A DNA stretch of 32,000 nt, taken from assembly GCF_001457595.1 (NCBI RefSeq), contig NZ_LN831039.1:4890001-4922000 (forward strand). The letters run 5' to 3'. This DNA comes from Mycolicibacterium smegmatis. Its GTDB lineage: Bacteria; Actinomycetota; Actinomycetes; Mycobacteriales; Mycobacteriaceae. A program made the translations under genes and the position numbers. Below the pieces are notes generated by a model. That model saw only the letters and a list, made by a program, of their open reading frames with translations, did no database searches and was not told the origin of the DNA. Shown here piece after piece: positions 8,828-19,444 of the stretch. Every line of letters begins with the position of its first letter. The first letter of the stretch is position 1.

Positions 8828-10284
8828 GCCGGTGGTGTCCCTTCCGCAGGCTCAAGGGGCGCTTCGGCCGGTAACGGTCCAGGTGCGGGACCGGTTTCCG
8901 GAACGGGCCCGGGCGGCGGACCCGCCGGGGCGAGCATGTCGCGCACCGACGACGGCACGTTCGGCGGCACGATCGGCGGTGCTCCCGGCAGCAACTGCGC
9001 AGCGCCGGGCGGCGGCGTGCCGGGAGGACGCCCGGTGAACGGCGGCGGCGGGGGCGGTCCCGGGTTGTAGGCCGACAGCACAGGCGGTGTCTCGGGCGGT
9101 TGGGGAGATCCCCCGCCGGCACCGGGTGCCAGGTTCGGTTCGGAGTAGATGAGGTTCTCCGGGTTCGCCGACGGCATGAGGTACGGCGAGACCGGGAACG
9201 GCACGTTGTTGAAGTTCAGCAGGCGCAACGCCGGACCGAGGTACTGCGCACACAGCTTCGCGGTCTCGGGTGCGGTGACGTTCTCGACGGCCCCGATCGC
9301 CCCGCAGATGAAGTGCAACGGCTCGCTCATGTTGTGGAACACGAACTGTCCCACCGGACTTCCGGAATCCGGGTTGTAGATGTTGTAGCCGTTGACGAAC
9401 GCGTTGGGCGCGATGTGCAACAAGTTCTCGACCTGCAGGCGCTGATCGACGAGGTTCGAGGTGACATCGGCGAGCCGTTGAATCTGCTCCGAGGTCTGGT
9501 TGCGGCTGCCCGCCACGAAGCGCTGCACCTCACCGACCGCGACCGACAGGTTCTTCAGCGCGGCATCGAGATCCGATCGGCTTCCGTCGACCACGCTGGT
9601 GAGCGTGGCCAGGCGGTTCTGGAACGCCACCACCTGCTGATTGCTGTCACGCAACGCGGTGACGAACGTCTGCAGGTTCTTGATGATGTCGACGATGTTG
9701 CCGCTGCCCTCGGCGAGAATGCGTGCGACACCCGACAACTGGGAGATGGTGTTGCGCAGCTTCTCGCCGTTGCCCTCCATCGCGTCGGCGGTCGTCTCGA
9801 TGAACCGTGACATCGAGGTGCCGTCGACGCCGCTTCGCGGTCCGAGTTCGGTGGCCAGGCGGGTGAGTTGCTCCTTGACCTCGTCCCACTCCACCGGGAC
9901 GGCCGTGCGGTCCAGGCCGATCACGGCGTCGTCGGGCAGCGTGGGGCCCTCTGAGCGGTACGCCGGGGCCAGCTGCACGTAGCGTGCCGCGACGAGGTTC
10001 TGCGCGACGATGACAGCCTTGGCGTCCGCCGGGATCTGCACACCGCGGTCGACCTTGAGGGTCAGCCTGGTCTGGGTCCCCTCGGGGGTGATCGCCTCGA
10101 TGGTACCGACCTTGACACCGGACACCCGCACGTCGTCACCCGGGTAGATGCCGGTGGCCGAGGTGAACAGCGCCTGGAATGTCCTGGGCGCGAAGAACAC
10201 CTGCCGGACCAACACGGCCGCGCCCGCGACGAGCAGTACCACCAGCCCGACGGCGAGCCCCTTGGCAATCCGCTTGCGGTTCAT
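8824..10284 (-). CDS. mceD: MCE-family protein, MceD position
   Basis: 486 aa; TM plus FQALFTSATGIYPGDDVRVSGVKVGTIEAI..; Pro-rich tail; ATGA overlaps on both sides. Confidence 0.92.
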   Translation of the reverse strand: MNRKRIAKGLAVGLVVLLVAGAAVLVRQVFFAPRTFQALFTSATGIYPGDDVRVSGVKVGTIEAITPEGTQTRLTLKVDRGVQIPADAKAVIVAQNLVAARYVQLAPAYRSEGPTLPDDAVIGLDRTAVPVEWDEVKEQLTRLATELGPRSGVDGTSMSRFIETTADAMEGNGEKLRNTISQLSGVARILAEGSGNIVDIIKNLQTFVTALRDSNQQVVAFQNRLATLTSVVDGSRSDLDAALKNLSVAVGEVQRFVAGSRNQTSEQIQRLADVTSNLVDQRLQVENLLHIAPNAFVNGYNIYNPDSGSPVGQFVFHNMSEPLHFICGAIGAVENVTAPETAKLCAQYLGPALRLLNFNNVPFPVSPYLMPSANPENLIYSEPNLAPGAGGGSPQPPETPPVLSAYNPGPPPPPPFTGRPPGTPPPGAAQLLPGAPPIVPPNVPSSVRDMLAPAGPPPGPVPETGPAPGPLPAEAPLEPAEGTPPA

Positions 10285-11369
10285 CAGCGTGAACCTCCCG
10301 GAATCCCGTTGTACGGCAGCGGCAGCTCGGCGCGCGGGCCGACGTTGTCGGGCGGCTGGCCCGCGTTCTGGCCGCGACGGAAGCCGAACGCGTAGTCCAG
10401 GAACGGCTGCAATGCGAACTGTGCGACCGCGAGGTTGGGCACGTACGCGTTGTAGTACGGCCCGTTGGCAAGCGTCTCACCCTGCGACAGCATGAACTTC
10501 TTCATGTCGGGAAGCATCTTGTTGATGTTGTCGCGGTTGCTCTGCAAAACCTCGGTCACCCGGTTCAGCCGCTCCAGTGTCGGGGCCAGTTCGGCCACGT
10601 TGTCGGCGACGAGGCCCCTGAGTTGTTCGGCGACCGCGGATGTGTTGGCCATCAGGTCGACGATGGCCTCGCGGCGGTCGTTGAGCACGCCCAGCAGGTC
10701 ATTGGCGTTGAGTATCAACGTGTTCAGCTGCTGACTGCGCTGCGACAGCACACCTGTGACCTCGCTCGCGCTCTTGAGCAGGCTCGCGAGGCTCTCGTTG
10801 CGGCCGTTGATCGACTGTGACAGCCGGCTCAGACCGTCGAAGGTCGGACCCAGCTGGGGCGCGAGCTGATCGATGGTGGCCGACAGTGTGTCCAGCGACT
10901 GGTTGAGCGACGCGGTGTCGGTGCCTTTGGTGTTCTCGGCCAGTTCACCGACGGCATCGGTCAGGGAGTAGGGCGAGGACGTGCGCGACGTCGGGATCAC
11001 GTCGGTGGACCGCAGTGTGCCGCTGCCCGCCGGTTCCAGTGTCAGAACCCGCTCGCCCAGAAGAGAACCCGTGCGGATGTGGGCAGTTGTCGTCGAACCG
11101 AGCGGATACTTGCCCTCGGTCGTGAAGGTCACCAGCGCGTCGCCGTTCTGCAGCCGGATGTCGGTCACAGACCCGACCTTGATGCCAGAGAGGGTCACGT
11201 CGTTGCCGACGGCGATGCCGCCGGCCTCGGTGAACAACGCCTGATGACGCACCGACGACGCCCACTGCAACAACCGCTCGGGCTGCAGGCCCACGGCGAC
11301 GACGAGGATCATCAGCACCGTGCCGGTCAGGCCGGCCTTCACCAGATTTGACTCGCGATATTTGAGCAT
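10284..11369 (-). CDS. mceC: MCE-family protein, MceC position
   Basis: From MLKYRESNLVKAGLTGTVLMILVVAVGLQPERLLQW...FTEAGGIAVGNDVTLSGIKVGSVTDI; ATGA overlaps. Confidence 0.93.
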   Translation of the reverse strand: MLKYRESNLVKAGLTGTVLMILVVAVGLQPERLLQWASSVRHQALFTEAGGIAVGNDVTLSGIKVGSVTDIRLQNGDALVTFTTEGKYPLGSTTTAHIRTGSLLGERVLTLEPAGSGTLRSTDVIPTSRTSSPYSLTDAVGELAENTKGTDTASLNQSLDTLSATIDQLAPQLGPTFDGLSRLSQSINGRNESLASLLKSASEVTGVLSQRSQQLNTLILNANDLLGVLNDRREAIVDLMANTSAVAEQLRGLVADNVAELAPTLERLNRVTEVLQSNRDNINKMLPDMKKFMLSQGETLANGPYYNAYVPNLAVAQFALQPFLDYAFGFRRGQNAGQPPDNVGPRAELPLPYNGIPGGSR

Positions 11370-12394
11370 CAGGGCTCCGCGCACCTCCCGCCTTCTTGCT
11401 TGATCATCGGGAAGACGGCAGTCCTGCCCTGAAGGTCGGTGACGCGGATCGAGATACCGCACACGTAGTACATGATCCAGCTGCCGTACGACCCGAGGCG
11501 TGCGAGCTTGCGGTAGTTGGCCGGCGCCTTCTGCAGACCACGGTCGAGGACCACCTTGTGGTCGTCGAGCAGCGGCGCCATCCGGTTGAGCTGATCGACG
11601 GTGGCGTCCAAAGGAGGTCGGGCCTGCGTCAGCAGGGTCGCGATGGATGCGGTGCCGTTGTCGAGTTGCGTGACGGCCGTGCCGATCGGGTCACGGTCCT
11701 GCGACAGGCCGCTGATCAACTGCTCCAGACGATCGACCGTGGCGGAGAACTTTCCGCCGTCGCGGTTCAGGGTGTCCACCACGGTGTCGAGATTCTCGAT
11801 CAACTGGCCGATCACCTGGTCGTTGTCCGCCAACGTGTTCGAGAACGACGAGGTCTTGCTCATGAGCGAGCTGAGCGTGTCGCCCTGCCCCTGGAAGATC
11901 TGGATCAGCGACGATGTCAGCGCATTCACATCCTGCGGATCCAGGCCCTGGATCACCGGTTTCAGACCGCCGAGCAGCAGGTCGAGGTCCAGCGCACTCG
12001 CGGTGCGCTCCTTGGGGATCTGCGAGCCTGCCGGCAGCAGTCGCGTCGAACCCGGGCTGTCGATCAACTCCAGGTATCGGTCACCGACGAGGTTCAGGTA
12101 GCGCACGGCCGCCTTTGTCCCGGTGGTGAGCGCGATGTTGCGTTCGGTGTCGAAATCGACCAGTACGGTCCGGTCGGGTTGCAGTGAAACGTTTTTCACC
12201 GTGCCCACCCGGACACCGGCGACGCGCACCGAGTCTCCGGATTCCAGTCGCGACGCGTCGTCGAACACCGCGGAATAGCCCGCGTACGAGCCGCCGCGGT
12301 ATTCCGAGAAGGTCATGAACAAAAACGCGGTGAGAACCGCCATCACGACGGCGAACACCCCGAACTTGACGAGTGTGCTCGATGCGCGCCTCAT
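11369..12394 (-). CDS. mceB: MCE-family protein, MceB position
   Basis: 341 aa; MRRASSTLVKFGVFAVVMAVLTAFLFMTFSEYRGGSYAGYSAVFDDASRLESGDSVRVAGVRVGTV. Confidence 0.93.
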   Translation of the reverse strand: MRRASSTLVKFGVFAVVMAVLTAFLFMTFSEYRGGSYAGYSAVFDDASRLESGDSVRVAGVRVGTVKNVSLQPDRTVLVDFDTERNIALTTGTKAAVRYLNLVGDRYLELIDSPGSTRLLPAGSQIPKERTASALDLDLLLGGLKPVIQGLDPQDVNALTSSLIQIFQGQGDTLSSLMSKTSSFSNTLADNDQVIGQLIENLDTVVDTLNRDGGKFSATVDRLEQLISGLSQDRDPIGTAVTQLDNGTASIATLLTQARPPLDATVDQLNRMAPLLDDHKVVLDRGLQKAPANYRKLARLGSYGSWIMYYVCGISIRVTDLQGRTAVFPMIKQEGGRCAEP

Positions 12395-13665
12395 CCGGGC
12401 ATTCCGATCTGTGCGGTGTTACGTGGCGGTCCGTCCAGCGGGCCGAACAACAGCTGCTTGAGGCCGTCGGAGTTCAGCAGGATGCCCTGGTTGCCGTACT
12501 GCCACGGGTTGGCGTTGGTGTCGGTGACCAGGTACTTGGAGCGCTGCCCGAAACCGATGTGCGGCAGGCCCATGCAGTGCGGTCCGCCCTTGGCCGCCAC
12601 CTTGGGCAGGTTCTGCGGGTAACGGTAGCGTTCGATGCCGAGCGTGAACGCGACATTGACCAGAACGCCCGGGTCACTCTGCGGCGGTTGGTTTTTCACC
12701 CATGCCATGCCCTCAAGCGCACAGTTGAGGCCCGGTGCGTACTCGTTGAGCAGATCGGTGGTGGGCGCCAGGAGGTCCAGTGTGGTGCTCAGCGCCTCAC
12801 GGTTGCCGCCGATCACGTCGTTGCCGACGTCGGCCAGTCCGATCGAACTGACCAGGAAGGCATCGAGGTTCTGTTGCTCGTCGACGATGCTGTCGCTGAT
12901 GCGGTTGGTGTTCTCGATGGTCTTGAGCAGGTCCGGCGCGGCGTCGCCGTATGCACCTGACACCACCGCCATCGATTCGATGTCGCGGTTCAGGTTCGGC
13001 AGGCTCGGTTCGAGCTTTTCCAGGAGAGCCTCGAAGTCGCTGACGGTCTGCCCCATCTTCTCGCCGCGTCCGCCGAACGCCGCGGAGATCGCGCCGAGGG
13101 TCTCGTTCAGCTTGGCGGGATCGATCTTGTCGAGCACGCGCGTGAGTTGCTGGAACACCGTGTTGACCTCGACGGTGACGTGCTCGCCCTGCAGGACCTG
13201 CCCGGGTTGCAGGGTGCCCTCGGGCTTGCCAGGCGGGACGAGGTCGACGAATTTCGCGCCGAAGACCGTCGAGGACGCGATGTCGGCCGTCACGTTGCCG
13301 GGGATGAGGCGCAGTTGGCCGGGATCCATGTCGAGGTGCAGCGCGGCCCGGCCGTCGGGCAGCGTCTCGATCCTGCCCACCGTGCCGACCTGGACGCCGC
13401 GCATCTTGACCTTGGCGTCGGGGTTCATCACCAGGCCGACGCGGTCGGAGATCAGGGTCACCGGTTCGGTTTTCGTGAAATCACCACGGAACAACGTCAC
13501 CGCGAGGGCGATGATCAGACCGACCACGACGACGGTGGCGAGGCCTGCGAGCGGACGGGCGTGACCGCGCGCGCCGAAGCTGCGGCCCGGACGGGCCGCG
13601 ACGGGTGCGGCCGAACTGTCCGTCTCGGACCGGTGGGCCGGCCCCGGGCCGACGTTTCGTGTCAA
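12391..13665 (-). CDS. mceA: MCE-family protein, MceA position
   Basis: 424 aa from a TTG start (the track shows M); LISDRVGLVMNPDAKVKMRGVQVGTVGRIETLPDGRAALHLDMDP; RBS-like taggagcg upstream. Confidence 0.93.
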   Translation of the reverse strand: MTRNVGPGPAHRSETDSSAAPVAARPGRSFGARGHARPLAGLATVVVVGLIIALAVTLFRGDFTKTEPVTLISDRVGLVMNPDAKVKMRGVQVGTVGRIETLPDGRAALHLDMDPGQLRLIPGNVTADIASSTVFGAKFVDLVPPGKPEGTLQPGQVLQGEHVTVEVNTVFQQLTRVLDKIDPAKLNETLGAISAAFGGRGEKMGQTVSDFEALLEKLEPSLPNLNRDIESMAVVSGAYGDAAPDLLKTIENTNRISDSIVDEQQNLDAFLVSSIGLADVGNDVIGGNREALSTTLDLLAPTTDLLNEYAPGLNCALEGMAWVKNQPPQSDPGVLVNVAFTLGIERYRYPQNLPKVAAKGGPHCMGLPHIGFGQRSKYLVTDTNANPWQYGNQGILLNSDGLKQLLFGPLDGPPRNTAQIGMPG

Positions 13666-13674
13666 CTTTCGCTC

Positions 13675-14532
13675 CTACCCCGACAAGTTGAAGTTTCCGT
13701 TGGATCCGTACACCGCCAGCGACACCAGCAGCGTCACGGAGACGACGACGATCAGCGAGGTGCGCACGGCATTGCCGACCGCCACGCCGACACCGGACGG
13801 CCCGCCGGACGCGAAGTATCCGAAGTACGTGTGGATCAACAGGATCGTGATGGCCATCAGGATCGCCTGCAGGAACGACCACAACAGGTCGATCGGGTTG
13901 AGGAACGTGTCGAAGTAGTGGTTGTAGAGCCCGCCGGACTGGCCGAGCAGCACCACCGTGGTGAACTGCGACGCGAGGAACGACAGGATCACCGCGATCG
14001 CGTACAGCGGCGTGATGGCGATCATCCCGGCGACGATGCGGGTGCTCACGAGGTACTCGACGGGCCGGATCGCCATCGATTCGAGCGCGTCGATCTCCTC
14101 GTTGATGCGCATCGCGCCGAGTTGGGCGGTCACGCCTGCGCCGAACGTGGCCGCCAGGCCGATGCCCGCGACCACCGGCGCGGCGATGCGCACGTTGATG
14201 AACGCCGAGAGGAATCCGGTGAGCGCCTCGATGCCGATGTTGCCCAGCGACGAGTACCCCTGGATCGCCAGCACGCCGCCGGTGGCCAGGGTCAGGAACC
14301 CGACGATGACGACGGTGCCGCCGATCATCGCGAGCGTGCCCGCGCCCATGGAGATCTCGGCGATGAGCCGGACGAGTTCCTTGCGGTAGTGCAGTGCCGC
14401 GTGCGGCGTGCCCGCGATCGCGCGCAGGTAGAACAGCGTGTGGTCGCCCACGCGGCTCAGCGTCGCGACCGGCTTGTTGAACTGCCGGGTCAGGCGCGGG
14501 TAGGTCGACCGCAGGATCGTCATGGTTCCCAT
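13675..14532 (-). CDS. yrbEB: YrbE/MlaE-family permease, second copy
   Basis: Start at MGTMTILRSTYPRLTRQFNKPVATLSRVGDHTLFYLRAIAGTP..; MlaE-like GATFGAGVTAQLGAMRINEEIDALESMAIRPVEYLVSTR. Confidence 0.93.
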   Translation of the reverse strand: MGTMTILRSTYPRLTRQFNKPVATLSRVGDHTLFYLRAIAGTPHAALHYRKELVRLIAEISMGAGTLAMIGGTVVIVGFLTLATGGVLAIQGYSSLGNIGIEALTGFLSAFINVRIAAPVVAGIGLAATFGAGVTAQLGAMRINEEIDALESMAIRPVEYLVSTRIVAGMIAITPLYAIAVILSFLASQFTTVVLLGQSGGLYNHYFDTFLNPIDLLWSFLQAILMAITILLIHTYFGYFASGGPSGVGVAVGNAVRTSLIVVVSVTLLVSLAVYGSNGNFNLSG

Positions 14533-14540
14533 CGGCGCGC

Positions 14541-15338
14541 CTATCCCGTCGTCATCCGGATGCCGATGGCGGTCACCACCACGTTGATCACGAACAGCGC
14601 CATGAAGGCGTACACCACGGTCTCGTTGACCGCGTTGCCCACGGCCTTGGCGCCGCCGCCGACGATCGTGAGCCCGCGGTAACAGGCCACCAAGCCGGCG
14701 ATGAGCCCGAACAGCGCGGCCTTGATGCACGAGATGATCACCTCGGGCACACCGGTCAGCAGGGTGATGCCCGCGGCGAAGGCACCGGGGTTGACGTCCT
14801 GGATGAACACCGAGAACACGTAGCCGCCCAGGATGCCGATGATCACCACGAGGCTGTTGAGCAGCAGCGCCACCAGACCCGAGGCGAGGATCCGCGGTGT
14901 CACGAGACGCTGGATGGGGTTGATCCCCAACACCTCCATGGCGTCGATCTCCTCGCGGATGGTGCGGGAGCCGAGGTCGGCACACATCGCGGTCGCACCT
15001 GCCCCGGCGACGATCAGCACCGTCACCATCGGGCCCAGCTGGGTCACCGCGCCGAACGCCGCACCCGCTCCGGAGAGATCCGCGGCGCCCAACTCGCGCA
15101 GCAGGATGTTCAGCGTGAAGCTCACGAGCACCGTGAACGGGATGGCCACCAGCAGCGTCGGCGCCATCGACACCCGCGCGATGAACCAGCACTGATCGAG
15201 GAATTCGCGTCCCTGGAACGGACGGCGGAACGCGAACATGATCGCGTCGAGCGACATCGAGAACAGCGCCCCGACGGCCTGCATGGGCCCGGACAGGTTG
15301 CGGCCCAGATTCACACCGGGCGACCACCTATTGGCCAT
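14541..15338 (-). CDS. yrbEA: YrbE/MlaE-family permease, first copy
   Basis: 265 aa; GAGATAMCADLGSRTIREEIDAMEVLGINPIQRLVTPR. Confidence 0.94.
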   Translation of the reverse strand: MANRWSPGVNLGRNLSGPMQAVGALFSMSLDAIMFAFRRPFQGREFLDQCWFIARVSMAPTLLVAIPFTVLVSFTLNILLRELGAADLSGAGAAFGAVTQLGPMVTVLIVAGAGATAMCADLGSRTIREEIDAMEVLGINPIQRLVTPRILASGLVALLLNSLVVIIGILGGYVFSVFIQDVNPGAFAAGITLLTGVPEVIISCIKAALFGLIAGLVACYRGLTIVGGGAKAVGNAVNETVVYAFMALFVINVVVTAIGIRMTTG

Positions 15339-15711
15339 CGGCTTGTGGTCCCTCCAGGTCGTTTTCTGTTGACACTGCGGTCAATTCACCGGCTCGCAGC
15401 ACGCACACGATCGAACCGGTCGCGACGCGGGCGCCGATTGCGCTGATCCGCAAAGGAAGTGACGTCCGCGCGTCCGCAACCAAGGCGCCGATCGTATCGG
15501 ACTCGGGAACTGTTCCGAGGGCAAATTCAGCAGAACCCGCTCGGGTGGTTGGTATTTCTTCTGGCACCGTCGATTCCGGGCGAAGCACCCTACCGTCGAC
15601 GGCGACAGCCACCCCAGGCCTGGTTCGGCAGCCTTTTGCCGCGGCCGCAATGGGCAAACCTGCCTGCCGGGTGTACCGACAGGGCAGGTCCGTTCCGGAT
15701 GTCGCGCTCAT
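15328..15711 (-). CDS. Hypothetical protein, 127 aa, translationally coupled to yrbEA
   Basis: Minus-strand ORF overlapping the yrbEA start by 11 nt and starting 7 nt below the CoA-transferase stop; no recognised motif. Confidence 0.4.
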   Translation of the reverse strand: MSATSGTDLPCRYTRQAGLPIAAAAKGCRTRPGVAVAVDGRVLRPESTVPEEIPTTRAGSAEFALGTVPESDTIGALVADARTSLPLRISAIGARVATGSIVCVLRAGELTAVSTENDLEGPQADGQ

Positions 15712-15717
15712 GGGGAT

Positions 15718-16926
15718 CTAGGTGACTGCGCCGGCGGTCTTGAGTTCGATGATGCGATCCCAGTCGAGCCCGAGTTCGGCGAGGATGTCGTCGGTCTGTT
15801 CGGCAAAACCCGGCGCGGGCCCAGGACTCGGTGCGGACACGTCGAACTGCACCGGGTTGGTGACGAGCTCGAGCTCGCCGGCCTGCACGAGATATTCGTT
15901 GGCCCGGATCTGGGCGTCCTGCGCGGCCTGCAGGGTGTCCTGCACGGGCGCCCAGGGCCCGGCGAGCGTCGCGAACCGCTCGCTCCACTCGGGCAGCGTG
16001 CGCTTCTTCATCGCCTCGGTCAGGATGTCGACCGCGGCCGCGGTGTTCTCGGCGATGGACTCGGCCGTCGCGAACCTCGGGTCGTCGATGTAGTGCTCGA
16101 GATCCATGTGGCGGCACACGTCGGCCCAGAACTTGGTGGGCTGCATCATCACGAACGAGATGTAGCGGCCGTCGGCCGTGCCGTAGAGACCCACGAGCGG
16201 ATTGATCGGCGAACCGTGCACGCCCGGCGGCGGTTGCACCATCAACTCGTTGAGGTGGCTGGTCAGGGCGATGGTGTGCCCCATGGCCCACAGACCGCTG
16301 CCCAGCAGCGAGACGTCCACGACCGAGGGTTCGCCCGTGCGTTCGCGCTTGAACAGCGCCGCCGCGATGCCGCCGGCGAGGTTGGTTCCGGAGATGGTGT
16401 CGCCGTACGCCGGTCCCGGCGGGCCGATCATGCCCTCGATGCCCGGCGGCGTGATGGTCGCGGCGGCGCCGGCGCGGCACCAGAACGCGGTCATGTCGTA
16501 ACCGCCCTTGACCGACTCCTCGCCGCGCGGCCCGAGCGCGCTGCCGCGCGCGTAGATGATCTTCGGGTTGACCGCGCGGATGTCGTCGACGTCGATGCCG
16601 AACTTCTCGCGGTGCCCGGGCAGGAAGCTGGTGAGGAACACATCGGCACGTCGTGCGAGTTCGAGCAGGACCTCCCGCCCAGCGGGCACCGACATGTCCA
16701 GGCCGATGCTGCGCTTTCCGCGGTTGGCGTGTTCGATGTTCGGGTTCGGATCACCGTCGACCCGCAGAGGTCCGGTCTGGCGCAGACCGCGCTGCGGATC
16801 GCCCGTGACCGCGTGCTCGACCTTGATGACGTCGGCGCCCCACTCCCCCAGCACGGCGCCCGCGGACGGGACGAACCCGTACATGGCGACCTCGAGGATT
16901 CGAATTCCTTCCAGCGGTCCGCTCAT
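15718..16926 (-). CDS. CaiB/BaiF family CoA transferase
   Basis: From MSGPLEGIRILEVAMYGFVPSAGAVLGEWGADVIKVEHAVTGDPQRGL; HANRGKRSIGLDM..; PPPGVHGSPINPLVGLYGTADGRYI. Confidence 0.93.
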   Translation of the reverse strand: MSGPLEGIRILEVAMYGFVPSAGAVLGEWGADVIKVEHAVTGDPQRGLRQTGPLRVDGDPNPNIEHANRGKRSIGLDMSVPAGREVLLELARRADVFLTSFLPGHREKFGIDVDDIRAVNPKIIYARGSALGPRGEESVKGGYDMTAFWCRAGAAATITPPGIEGMIGPPGPAYGDTISGTNLAGGIAAALFKRERTGEPSVVDVSLLGSGLWAMGHTIALTSHLNELMVQPPPGVHGSPINPLVGLYGTADGRYISFVMMQPTKFWADVCRHMDLEHYIDDPRFATAESIAENTAAAVDILTEAMKKRTLPEWSERFATLAGPWAPVQDTLQAAQDAQIRANEYLVQAGELELVTNPVQFDVSAPSPGPAPGFAEQTDDILAELGLDWDRIIELKTAGAVT

Positions 16927-16954
16927 TCGTGCCCTCTCGTATCGGCTTCCATCG

Positions 16955-18430
<1,476 letters not shown>

Positions 18431-18459
18431 CCTCCTCGGCGGCCTGCTCGGTATGTGAT

Positions 18460-18474
18460 GGAAATTTCATTCTC
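18460..18474. promoter_or_regulatory. Putative operator, GAGAAY-N3-RTTCTC family (site 1, degenerate)
   Basis: ggaaatttcattctc, 30 bp upstream of the aldehyde dehydrogenase start; one perfect half-site (attctc). Confidence 0.35.
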
Positions 18475-18614
18475 ATCACCGGCGAATCATACATTCGCTC
18501 GATGAGAACTCAAGGGAAACCCAGATGAGCTAGTCATGAGTGGTCTCGCGGCACCGACGCCCGCGAGCAGGCGGTATCCACGCCACACCCAGATCTTGCG
18601 AACTCCTCATACGC

Positions 18615-18629
18615 GAGAGTACGGTTCTC
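18615..18629. promoter_or_regulatory. Putative operator, GAGAAY-N3-RTTCTC family (site 2)
   Basis: gagagt-acg-gttctc, followed by a possible -10 cataat (18629-18634); upstream of the SDR gene. Confidence 0.45.
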
Positions 18630-18695
18630 ATAATCGGAAGGATGATTCTTGAAGGTTGATAGAGCCGGGTCCGGCACTGAACCCGGAGGTTTGTC

Positions 18696-19397
18696 GTGAA
18701 GAACGCGGTGGTAACCGGAGGCGGCTCCGGGATCGGAGCGGCGATCGTGGCCCGGCTGCGTGCCGACGGCCTCAATGTCGCCTCACTGGATCTGCAGCCG
18801 TCGGATGACGAGTTCTCCCACGTCGCCGATGTCACCGACCGCGTCGCGGTCGACGCGGCGATGAACGCGGTCCGCGCACAGCTCGGTCCGGTCTCCGTTC
18901 TGGTCAACGCAGCCGGCCTCGACTGCTTCAAGCGCTTCACCGACATCTCGTTCGAGAAATGGCAGCAGGTCATCGATGTCAACCTCAACGGCGTCTTCCA
19001 CTGCGTCCAGGCCGTGCTGCCCGACATGATCGAGGCCGGCTGGGGACGCATCGTGAACATCTCGTCGTCCAGCACGCACTCGGGGCAGCCCTACATGGCG
19101 CCGTACGTCGCGGCGAAGTCGGCGGTGAACGGCCTGACGAAAAGCCTGGCACTGGAATACGGCCCCAACGGCATCACGGTCAACGCCGTGCCGCCCGGGT
19201 TCATCGACACCCCGATGCTGCGCAAGGCCGAGGACAAGGGCTTCCTCGGTGACACCGAGCGGCAGATCGCGGCGACCCCGGTGCGCCGGATGGGCCGCCC
19301 CGGGGACATCGCCGCGGCCTGCGCCTTCCTGATCTCCGAAGAGGCCGGCTACATCACGGGCCAGATTCTCGGCGTCAACGGCGGCCGGAACACCTGA
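18696..19397 (+). CDS. Short-chain dehydrogenase/reductase
   Basis: 233 aa; TGGGSGIG cofactor motif, NAAG, YVAAK active site, NAVPPGFIDTPM. Confidence 0.94.
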   Translation: MKNAVVTGGGSGIGAAIVARLRADGLNVASLDLQPSDDEFSHVADVTDRVAVDAAMNAVRAQLGPVSVLVNAAGLDCFKRFTDISFEKWQQVIDVNLNGVFHCVQAVLPDMIEAGWGRIVNISSSSTHSGQPYMAPYVAAKSAVNGLTKSLALEYGPNGITVNAVPPGFIDTPMLRKAEDKGFLGDTERQIAATPVRRMGRPGDIAAACAFLISEEAGYITGQILGVNGGRNT

Positions 19398-19444
19398 AAG
19401 TTCGCCAGCACACCAATTTTCGGCACACATCTGAAAGGACAAGG

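Noticed and set aside
13147-14682. 511-aa plus-strand ORF opposite mceA/yrbEB
   Set aside because: Antisense shadow ORF with Arg/His-rich composition; MlaE-type permease on the opposite strand is unambiguous.
15369-15384. Inverted repeat ttgac-actgcg-gtcaa near the yrbEA start
   Set aside because: Only 5-bp arms and located inside the overlapping 127-aa ORF; expected by chance.
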